The translations under genes were made by a program, and so were the position numbers. Shown in pieces: positions 38,454 through 50,860 of a DNA stretch of 64,000 bases. The notes below the pieces were generated by a model. The model was not told the origin of the DNA and did no database searches. It saw only the letters and a list, made by a program, of their open reading frames with translations. The stretch covers positions 58,568 through 122,567 of the forward strand of contig MU619290.1 in assembly GCA_025201805.1 (NCBI GenBank), given 5' to 3'. The DNA is from Parasitella parasitica NRRL 2501 (taxonomy: Eukaryota > Fungi > Mucoromycota). Numbering within the stretch: the stretch's first letter is position 1; each line of letters opens with the position of its first letter.

Positions 38454-40418
38454 TCACTTGGTGCGTATTTCCCGCCTTGTCACTGTAGCCTGTGTATTCT
38501 GTTGCAGTTTACCAAGATGAGCAAAGATGTTGATCAACTTCTCCGTATCTTCATCTTCAGGGACCTCGACTAATCGTTGAGAATTGTTTCGTTCATCAGA
38601 CTTTCCGTTTGAGCAATCTCTTGACAGATGGCCACGCCTTCCACACTTGTAACATGTTCTTGACTCACGTTTCTGGAAGTCAAATCTTGAAGACCCACCG
38701 TTAGAGCCATAACCAGAACCACCCCTAGAACCGGAGCCAGAACCGCCACGAGAACCAGAGCCACCACCATGTCTATGCTTGCCTTTGAAGCTACAAGTGT
38801 GCCGAAAGTTCTGTTGTTCTGTTTTTGATGAAGCACTGCTGCCACTTGAGCTAGCGCCGTAATTGATCGATGGAATAGCAGGAATTGTCGCATTTTGACT
38901 AAGACGTTGTAAATTTTCTTCGACTTCCGTTGTAATGTTAATGGCCTCTATCAAGGTTTTAGGTTCTCGATAGATAACTGCACAGAGTAATTTACTATTA
39001 ATGCGTTCCTTAAAGTATTCAATTTGCACACCAGGGCAATAGATTTGCACTCTATCTAATAAATCTGAGATCAATGGACCGAATTGCTTCATCGACATTT
39101 GACCTTGACGCAGCTTCTTCAATTCAGCTAATGCCACCAACGCAGGATCACCACCACCAAATTTTAGTAAAAATGCCTTCTTCACCTCAGGCCAACCGGT
39201 TTTATCAATATTCAAGTACCAGTTCAATGCATTATCTGTCAGGACTACAGATAATTCCGCCATCTTATCATCATCGTCGAAATTAATAAATTCGCAAAGG
39301 TGTTCATAATGCTTCATCCATTGTTGAGCTTCTGAGGCTGTTCCATGACTAAACCTTGGAAGTTTAACGCGTTTTCTTCTTTCTACATAATCGATCTTCT
39401 TTTCTGGAAACTTGACATCACTTAAAACTGTCGTAAATTTGTCGCCTCCCTTCTTTACAGGAATAATCTCGCCTTTGGACCCGATACTTAGCTTATATAT
39501 AATAGCTTCTAATTTCTTGATGTGAGCAGCAGCAGTATCAGCAGCAGCTTGATCAATCGTTCCGTCAGGTAAAGCCGTTTTCTTGGGTAACCTGTAAGTG
39601 TCTCGATACATCAAAGCAAAATCTAGGGGTAACTCGAGATCTTTGCAAACGTCTTGATTTGGCCATTGACATTCTTGAACAACTTGCAACAAAGATTCGG
39701 CAGGGATCATGTGCAGTGCATTAAGCAGCGTACCACGTATCTGTATACGGGTGATCTCGATATTCCCATCAAAACCAATAATTCGCTCTTTCATTTCTTC
39801 GATTTTCGCAGCGTGATGACTAAGCATTAACGTTATATTTTGTCGTTCCATAGGAGAAAAGTGTAGGACCGAGTGTTCGACAGCAATATAGGACCTTTCA
39901 GCAGCAATAATCTCCTCCAGCATGGCTTGACGCCCACCATGCATATAAGCATACAAGTCATTATATTCTTGGATTAATAATTTGTACAACATCAATTGTT
40001 CTTCAACGACAAAAGAAACATCGGATACCGAACCGTCTCCATGTTGACTTAAGCTTTGATGATGTTCATCCGGGTTGTTCATCACAAATTCGGCAAATCT
40101 TGCAGGGGCAGGGACCCAATCATCAGCGCCAGAACCGCCAGGTATTGCATTACCATAATTCATCACTTTAGGTATGCTCGTATGTGAGGTCTTCAAATAT
40201 CTCGACGTAGTAGTACCAGCCACGGACGCATGAATGTTTGGACCACCGGAACCAAAAGGCCCTGAAGTCGATGTTGATTGAGTCGAACCAATAGCAGATG
40301 GACGATGAGAATTTGATGTAGACGAACAATGTGAGCCACTTTCTCCCTCCCCTCCTTCAGCAGAGGAACGGTAAGATTTAGTTGAACCAGGTTGATTTGC
40401 CATGCTAGACTTCTCCAT
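38454..40418 (-). CDS. Retrotransposon Gag (capsid domain + CCHC zinc knuckle)
   Basis: LPRFSHG..QWMKHYE, LTDNALNWY, WPEVKKAFLLKF, LKKLRQG, PKTLIEAI and CYKCGRRGHLSRDC. The start may instead be the second Met (MANQ). Confidence 0.88.
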   Translation of the reverse strand: MEKSSMANQPGSTKSYRSSAEGGEGESGSHCSSTSNSHRPSAIGSTQSTSTSGPFGSGGPNIHASVAGTTTSRYLKTSHTSIPKVMNYGNAIPGGSGADDWVPAPARFAEFVMNNPDEHHQSLSQHGDGSVSDVSFVVEEQLMLYKLLIQEYNDLYAYMHGGRQAMLEEIIAAERSYIAVEHSVLHFSPMERQNITLMLSHHAAKIEEMKERIIGFDGNIEITRIQIRGTLLNALHMIPAESLLQVVQECQWPNQDVCKDLELPLDFALMYRDTYRLPKKTALPDGTIDQAAADTAAAHIKKLEAIIYKLSIGSKGEIIPVKKGGDKFTTVLSDVKFPEKKIDYVERRKRVKLPRFSHGTASEAQQWMKHYEHLCEFINFDDDDKMAELSVVLTDNALNWYLNIDKTGWPEVKKAFLLKFGGGDPALVALAELKKLRQGQMSMKQFGPLISDLLDRVQIYCPGVQIEYFKERINSKLLCAVIYREPKTLIEAINITTEVEENLQRLSQNATIPAIPSINYGASSSGSSASSKTEQQNFRHTCSFKGKHRHGGGSGSRGGSGSGSRGGSGYGSNGGSSRFDFQKRESRTCYKCGRRGHLSRDCSNGKSDERNNSQRLVEVPEDEDTEKLINIFAHLGKLQQNTQATVTRREIRTK

Positions 40419-40421
40419 CAG

Positions 40422-40686
40422 TGTAATATTTGTGGTTTACGAACAATATAAGAATAACTCAGATAAAAGATCGATTAATTGTTATTAGACAAGAACAATT
40501 ATACAACAATAGTTTTATTCACAAAAAATAGAAAGGTATTTATTCTATGTCCACTTTGCTGCGACAGTTGCTATTTCTAATGATATTAATAATGATATTT
40601 ATAATACATCGCAGCAAGTGAATATGCTAAATTGCACTAGCACAATCCAACCAGTAATAAGCAGCCTGGACCTGATTCTTATTACA
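40422..40686 (-). repeat. 265-bp long terminal repeat
   Basis: On the minus strand it begins TGTAATA and ends TATTACA (7-bp terminal inverted repeat). It contains TATAAAT and AATAAA and lies immediately upstream of gag. Confidence 0.8.
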
Positions 40687-40869
40687 CCCAGATGTTCTGG
40701 GAAGTGACATCAAAAATCAAACATTTTTTATGAACTGTATATTCATCGCTTCTTTTGTCATAATAATGATTTTTTATGGCTGCATATCCAGACATATCTG
40801 AATAAATTTCATTTATTATAAGCAATTAAAATCTGAACTTGATTAACTAAAAAGTGTTCTCGAAACCCG

Positions 40870-42262
40870 TTATTTTTCCTGTACTTGTTTATGCACTATT
40901 TTTTCGAATATTTTTCTTTTTGAGGGATATAAAGCAGCCTTATAGTTTGGGTAACAACTTAATGCCATGTTAAAATCTATTCATCATGTATTAGATTTGT
41001 AATGTGTAAGTATAGAAAGGGCTGGCCCATAATATTTACCAAAGTTATTGTTGGGATCACAAGAACATTTTGTTCGGAATACATCGCCTACAGGACAATG
41101 CATATAAGACGTATGTCGGTAGCCAATGTCATTAAAGAAATGAAACTCTCTTTTTTTCAATAATAACGCAGCAGCAATTGAATGAACTGGAGCATCCCCC
41201 CACCTATATATTTTTGGTTAATTGACTGATATCGAGTAATTATCATGCAAACCTTTCATAATAAAATCCACCAGATTTATCCAGATAATCAAACAACTTT
41301 AAATATGCTTCCGATCGCCATAGAGAGAGATCACCAACCTCAAAATTAGACCAGAAATGGCAGGTGTTATATGATTGACCTCCATCATTAGTGACAAAAT
41401 CAATCAAAGACTCATTTCGGGATGGTAATTGTTTGGCAATGTCAGGATATTCGTTTAAAAAGTCCATTATTGTTTTCCACAAAGAAGGTACAGTTTCTAT
41501 ATGCTCTTTATATGCAATAGTAAAGCCTGGAAATGTAGTTTTTGTTAGCAAATGAAGTTGCACCACCAACAAAAACCATTACCATATTTCTTTTTGTTGT
41601 CTTTCATAAATCTAAAAATGTCATAATCTATTTGGCAGTAATAGTCAACATATGGTTCCAATCTCCAATAATAATCAAATTCGTCTAGCAGTGGATGTCG
41701 AAAGAAGAACCCGCTTTGGAATCTAATTGATTTATACGAGTGTTAGAAAAATGGTTTGATATGCACTGGATTGTATTTAAAAAAGGAACCTGCACATGTG
41801 TCGGTACGATTCGCTTAATGCATACGGTATGCCTAATTCCGCCATAGATTTTCGACAGGTTGCGGCATAATCTTGGTCGATAAAATCAGGGTATCCCCAC
41901 ATTGTGGAGTTTAACAAACCAAACAAGACTTGGGCATTTGTCAAACTAGCAACTGTGGATTTGAAATCGTCTGCGAAGGGTTCATCGTTCAGAAATACGT
42001 AAGGATAATCAAACTTTGAATTAAATGTTTTTTCAATCTGTGACATTGTGGTTGTAATTCCATCTAATTCACTATTACGAATGAGGATAACATAGCAGCC
42101 TTTCACTGTATGAGCATGTCGGTGCAGCGATAATGTAGCTGTCTTGCCTTGGATTGATCTGAGCTCTAGCTTGAACAAAGCTACTACAAGTAGAAGCGAC
42201 AGTAATACACATGTTGTTGAAATGATGGATAGTTTTTGTTTTTTAATTGTTGACAGCATCAT
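40870..42262 (-). CDS. GT15 alpha-1,2-mannosyltransferase (KRE2/MNT1/KTR family)
   Basis: N-terminal [20 protein letters not shown]|[22 protein letters not shown] and GGFYYER|WGDAPVHS. Confidence 0.93.
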
Positions 42263-42751
42263 AGTGATACATTTATAAGAAGAAATGATTGAGGAAGCCG
42301 AAAATGTTGCAAGTCAAAGTCATTCTTTGGTTTCATAATTCCGTATTGTATATTACTACCTTATTTAGCACTTATATCCAATTATGCGGTTATCTTGAAC
42401 TGAAAAAAGGACTCGAGCTGCATATGCCTTTTATATCATACATGTTGGATGCCTGTTAAGTTAGCTGTTGATTGGTAAGTTGATAGATTAGCCATGAAAT
42501 CAAATTTCTATAGTTTTTCATTATCGAAATGAAATTTTGTTCCGTTTGGATAATAAGGGGTTTATTATCTAAGTTTACAACTAGAGAGAGACACGTTTGT
42601 TGATAAATATCACTATACATCAGTTGAATTATGGGACCGCGTACAAAAAATTTTTAACCGCATTGTGCTTTGGTGTGCAATTGCCATATTCAAACATTTT
42701 TTATATTCCTTTTTATTTTTGATTAATATATTCTTGCAGTAGATTAACGAA

Positions 42752-44833
<2,082 letters not shown>

Positions 44834-44981
44834 CAGATCAGCCAACACCTAAAAAAAGAAAAAGAAATATATATAGGGGAGCAGGCATCCTTCTTTCCGT
44901 GTTCTATAAATTCATACATTATATTTTCGCTGCACTTTTTAACGCTTTTAGAGCAGCTCATACTTTTAAAATCTACAAATA

Positions 44982-44983
<2 letters not shown>

Positions 44984-45053
<70 letters not shown>
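44984..45053 (+). repeat. Poly-T tract (T35-C-T34)
   Basis: Seen directly in the sequence. Confidence 0.9.
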
Positions 45054-45056
<3 letters not shown>

Positions 45057-46180
45057 TACTACTTTTCATTCATAAGAATATGCACCTTAATTAAATATTT
45101 GAAAATTTATTTGCGAGGAGCTAATCATGAAAATGTAATACAAACGCTTTGCAATTCATTGATTAAAGAAATCGGCCTATAAAAGTGTTGTCTTCTTTTA
45201 TCGCTGCTTGACCCAACCACTTTTTGTATTTGTCTCTATCTATAAGTACGGCAGCTGTCGTTTGCCATAAATATCTTCATGTGCCTGTGGTTAAGGAGAA
45301 GTCTGCAGCAAAAGAGTACTTTGGCGGAGATTGAATCTTGAACGTTTTGGTTTTTCTCAGGAACCCAAAAATTGACGTCTAATTTTTGTTTTTCGACAAT
45401 ATCAATATAAAAAGGACCTCCAATCGAAAGGTAGTTCTAATCTGATTTGTTTAATTTTGAAGTATCTACTAGATGAAAAAAAAATTGTGTAAATTGACCT
45501 ATTTTTTATAAAGATATTTTGAAAAAACTGGAAATCGGTTTATCTGTAAAAAGTCAAATATTTGCATAATGACTACCCAATTAAGCAATTTAGAAGTGTA
45601 ACAGACCTCAAACTGCTCATTTTCCAATATGAAATAGCATATGAAAAAATGTCGATTTTGGCGTCAAAAATCTGATCAAATGATTTCTATGAATTTCGCC
45701 TTACCCTTACTCATGAAAGAATCAAGAAAATGGTTGATTTTGCATCGAAAAAAAAAGTTGCCCAAAAATAGCCGCAAATGCTTTCCTTGACGCTATGGTG
45801 GACATGGAATGCCATATTGCAAGTTAATTGAGCTTTTTTTAGGCGGCATTGACAAGATAAACGCTTCTCCTCGTCTAAATGAACCACATGAATTGACAAA
45901 AGAATAAATGTATCTCCTGGTTTTCTCCGAGAGGGAACAGACATTATAGTAAAACTATTTCAGTATGCAGTGTTTGTCAATTTGGATTATTTATAGTTGT
46001 ACAAGACATGCCTTTTCACATTAAACTTGAGTACAACCAGCTACAAAATCAGAGTTATTAGAGATTGATTGATTCCCAGTTTTTTAAATTGCCCTTTAGG
46101 ATTTTTTCCTCTCTTTGTTTTCTTTCTTCTTTCTTCTTTACTTTGTTTTTCTCTTTCTTGCAAGTTTTCGTAGCACCCTA

Positions 46181-49100
46181 ATGACATTCAGCGCCCAGTT
46201 GTCAACTATTTTGGTGGAATGGACAACGGCGCTTGTTGATAACGACATCACTCTGGTTCAAAAGTTCCTGCTCAAGGAACCTGAGTTACTGTGGACTCCT
46301 ATACCCCAATCACTAGATAATCTCGATCACCTTGAACAGCGGTTAGCTGAATCAAAGAAACTAGGATCGACATTTCAGCCAGTCAGTGCTATTCAGTTTA
46401 CCTGCCTCTACATTAACCAAGATGATCAATTGAAACTAATAGCTTATTTAATTGAGGTAAGATGAACCGTTTTATTATACAGAGCATGGATGCACATGCA
46501 TGTATAGCAGCAACTGAGAAAGGTCAAAAATAGCAATCTTCTCTACATGATCTTGATACTCGTTTCTGGGGTGAATGCAACAACTCGACGCTTCATTTAG
46601 CTTGCTTCCTGGAAAACAAGCCAATCATGCGGCTCTTGCTCGAAAAAGGAGTATCTGCCACTCCTGCCAATGACCTTGGCTACCTACCAAGCGATATTGC
46701 TGCTGCAGACATCATATTACACTACTTGGACCAACAAAAGCAGCAGCAATCATCTCGAAGCAAAGCTGTCAGACCTAATTATGGCACTCCCAATAAATTT
46801 AAGCTCTTGAAAGAGCTTGCAGAGGAGACAACGAACTCGGGAGGAGACGATCACAAGACATTGGAAATTAGTCTTGATCGCCAAAAGTCGGATGGCCGGT
46901 TATTTCGTAAGGGTAGAGTCAAGGAGACACAGCAAAAAGTATTAGCTGAAGAAGCTGAATTGGAGAAGCAGAGATTAAAGAGACAGATGGAGGTGGCTCA
47001 GTTGGCTAAAAAGTCGGCAGTCAAGAACAACCCCTTATTTATGAAATTGGAGAAAAAGTTTGGTCCAGCCAATAAAGCGACTGGGGAGATAGCAAGTAAG
47101 CATATAAACGCACGGATGGAGCAAGCCATTGCCAAAAGAAATTCTAGCGTGATTTCGTCGCTCAAGGTCAAATCGTATGTGTCTTCAAGCATCTTTCTCC
47201 AAGCAGATGAAGATGCCACGATCGAACAAAAACTACCTCCGCCTCCTATTCCTCCTGCTGCAACCATTACCACAACCGATTCCCACAAAACTGACGACCA
47301 ACAAGACGAGAACTCCAACAACGAAGTTTGTGCCACGACGCCGCCATTGAATGTCAATAAAACACAAACTCTAATCGGGAGCACGGAACCTGATGAATTG
47401 TTGGTTGACGGGCAATTTGCCATTTCTGATAATCCTGTGCTAAAGGATCATGAAACATTGACAGAAGAAGAGGATGAGGAATCCAGTGAGGATGAGGATG
47501 AATTCGATGAGCAACAGGACTTTGATTCGAGTACAAACAATCTCAGTTCATCATCTTCGCTGACGGTTACATCCAAGATCAACTACTCACCAATAGAGAA
47601 CAAGACTGTATACCCAGACATTCAAAGTTATTACCAGTACAATAAAACCAGTGCAAATGCTTGTCACCAAAATCAGCATCGTGAATTGGATCATAGTATA
47701 GCAGAAACTGACGAGGAAGAAGAAGAGGAGCAAGAGAGCGGGGAGAGCGGGGAGAGCGAGGAGAACGAGGAGAGCGAGGAGCAAGAGGAGGATGAAGAGG
47801 AGGATGAGGAAATCGTGCCTGTACAGTTTGCTACTCGATTGGCAACTCCTATTTACAAATCAGTAACGATCCTCAACGAAGACCAGAGAGTAGCACCAGT
47901 GACTACAACAATCTCTACCATCAATCCATCAAAGACAGACAATGGTTGTACAGCTGTGCCAAATGAGATTGACACTATACACGAAAATCAAGAGATGGTA
48001 CTTGATGATCTCAAGATAGAGGAAGCTCAAAATTTCACCAGTCATTCAGCGGCGGCAGTAGTAGATACACCATTTGTGGAACCGCCTGAATCATCCCCGC
48101 CAGTGCCACCCTTGCGATCTCGTGAAAGTGCAATTGCCGTATTAAAAAAGCTGGAAAAACAAGACTCAAGAGAGATGAAACGAAGGAGCGGAAGTCAAAA
48201 GGCTTCTTGGACTATGAGCATGAGCTCGTGGGCTGCTATTTTGGATAGAGAATTCAATCTAGAAGAGCTGGATCAAGAGAAGAAGCTGAAAGAAATGCAA
48301 AGATTTCGTCAATCAGTGGCCGAATCAGAAGAAAAAGGGTCGTCAGCATCACCAGATCATTGCAAAGTTGATGGATTGGGGTTGGCAAATCGAAACATGG
48401 ACATGGACCCTACTGAGGCTCAAGTCGGCAGGTCTAATCCAACAGAGATATCGTTGGATTTCTCGAATTTTGAAACGCCAGCTATACCCACCGTAAGTGT
48501 TCAAAAATCGATTTCAACCAACACATCAGCACCGCAAATTGGAGAAATTCCACGATTAAATGCGTCCAAATCAGTGCGTCGAAAGCCCATTACATCTTCT
48601 CTGTCTGAACCCAATTTGCAGCAGCAGCAGCGGCCAGCAAGTAGTGTAAAACAATACAATATTACCCTCAGCCAAGCTACAGTCAAAAAGGCAGGCTACG
48701 GCAGACTCTATCTGCATGTCAATGGCATTCAGGACATACTGCTTCCCCTGCCAAAAGACCGCGCCTATGTGCGCTGTGTGGTCAGCGATGGTCGCTTTGA
48801 GTACATGTCCCGGTATGAAATCCTATCTCAAAACATCAATTATGACTATGAATGCGTGATTGATACGCATCCAGATATGATCATCACTATATCGCTACAT
48901 GTCCGCCCTGACTATATCATGAAATCTCGTACACCCTTTTCACGCTTATTTTCGAAAAAGAAAAAGAAGGAATGTCTGTCTGGCTATGTCAACAAGGAGG
49001 ATGGTGCTATTGGGCAGGCTCGGTTTGCCTTGACTCACATGTTGCCTGTATGTCAGCATAACTCATACTTGGCCGGCTTCCATTGCTTCAATGCTTGGTA

Positions 49101-49385
49101 TTCACGATCATTCAAGGAACGCCATCGACAAAAGAAAAAGAAGCGAGACTCTGACCGAGATGTGTTAAAAGTGGTGGGAAACTTTGATATTGAGATGCTG
49201 TATTTACCGGCAGAAAACTACAGCCAAAAGGTATACATAAAATAATGTGAAATGCTGTTTTACATGTGGAACTAATATTAACTATGGAATAGCCGTTCCC
49301 TCAAAGCTTACGTGAATGCGACCAAATCATCAAGCAGTTGCATGAATCAAAGTCATCCTCATCAACACGATACCAAACTATTTAA
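46181..49385 (+). CDS. Ankyrin-repeat protein with a Bud4/anillin-like (DUF1709-like) C-terminal domain
   Basis: NSTLHLACFLENKPIMRLLLEKGVS..NDLGYLP ankyrin repeat, an acidic disordered middle, then GRLYLHVNGIQDILLPLP..VSDG..EDGAIGQARFAL. Confidence 0.65.
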
Positions 49386-49480
49386 TAAATCAATCAACGC
49401 CTGTACTATTGTGTGTATATTCTCTCTTTAATAGCTTTTTTTATTTTATTTTTTATTTCAATTTATACGTTAAAAGGATA

Positions 49481-50361
49481 TCAAAAATCGTCACCTTGAT
49501 GGGCGAAAAAGTGTGTATATGCAATAACTATGAACGTAATAATCAATTCCACATCTCCACAATAAACCTACATTTATACATACTTGTTCCATATACTAAT
49601 AAACCTCCTGTGATACTCATAACCATAGCTGGTACAGTAATCTATGAATTAAACATTCTTTAGTTTCAATGCATCGGCTTTCATCGTACCGAAATAGCTT
49701 ACGACTTCAGCATGGGCCAAGACAAATGGCAAACCTACACATTGGATGCATGTTAAATCAGCACATTGCTTTACTAATCCCAACTGTTTACACTTACAAA
49801 ATCCTGTGACAATAAACATGCCGGTTATGAAATGTCCTGCATCAATGACACCACTAATACGATGTTGGTAAGAAAAAAATAAAAAATGCATTTATTATAG
49901 CGATACGCTAATACATGCCTGTTATAATCTGACATGAGGTCGTCTTCTCCTGAGCATCTCCCACACAGAGCATTAGGCAAAGGTGCTAATAAATATGTAG
50001 CAACTGTTTGAAAACATGAGTTTGTGTGTTACATTTCTCGTTCTTCTCTTTGTTGTTTTTTACCAACTAATAAAGGCCACCAATTACTAGGAAATAAAAG
50101 CATGTTTAGCAGCAATTAAATACTTTTACGTACCGGGAAATACTTACTAGTAGAGAGCACAAGATAAAATCACCAGTAGAAAGCCAATAGCCAAAACAAA
50201 AGCCAAAGCAATGATACTAAATATTGGGGGATAAAATTAGATGCTCTCCAAGTTGTTGAGAAGAAACTATCTCTTACGCTATTAAATTTCAATGCCTTTT
50301 TTTTTAGTTGCTAGCATAACCAAGTTTATTCACATGCAAACTTACTTCTTAAACCTGCCAT
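49481..50361 (-). CDS. VPS55: Vacuolar protein sorting 55 (LEPROT/OB-RGRP family); many small exons including a 1-nt exon
   Basis: Spliced MAGLRTIIALAFVLAIGFLLVILSCALYYNWWPLLVVATYLLAPLPN..DAGHFITG..GLPFVLAHAEV|ITVPAMVMSITGGLLVYGT|IIAYTHFF. Confidence 0.93.
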
Positions 50362-50860
50362 AATTTGTACAAAGAAGTGTATAAAGATTAAGAAAGAACA
50401 AAAAACGTTTGGAAAACATACACATTTGAAATGTGCATTTAAACCACGCCGACGTCAGCTGCGTCAAGGTCTTTGACATACAAAATACTACGATTCTGGG
50501 ATGTCTTTCATGACTCCATGCCAAAAATTGCCAGAGCATTAAAAGTAACTTCTTTTGATGCCGCTACAAATGATTCCATCACATTCTAACAAAAGTATCC
50601 AGGCTCGAATAGATATCTGGAATTATCCGTATTTCAGTACTTTAGCGAGCCAAAATCATGTTACCATCAGTACCATGCTATAGAGCTTGCGTATTTTCTT
50701 TGCCAACAAATTTTTATCCGACTAGTTGATACAACCTATACTTGATGATAGACATTAAAAAGCGAGGCCGACGTCATGATTGTACATTTAATACGATGTC
50801 TATAAATAAGGCGAACCACCATCTTTGGCTCGTTACTCTTTTCTCTTTGCTCGCCATCTA

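Larger units (their letters stand above)
38424..40686 (-). mobile_element. Truncated Ty3/gypsy-like LTR retroelement: 5' LTR + gag, no pol or 3' LTR
   Basis: LTR 40686-40422 followed by the gag ORF. An inverted LTR fragment sits at 38424-38460. Confidence 0.8.

Noticed and set aside
38424-40686. DIRS-type element with inverted terminal repeats
   Set aside because: No RT or tyrosine recombinase ORF. The upstream repeat is a standard TG..CA LTR and the inverted piece is only ~37 bp.
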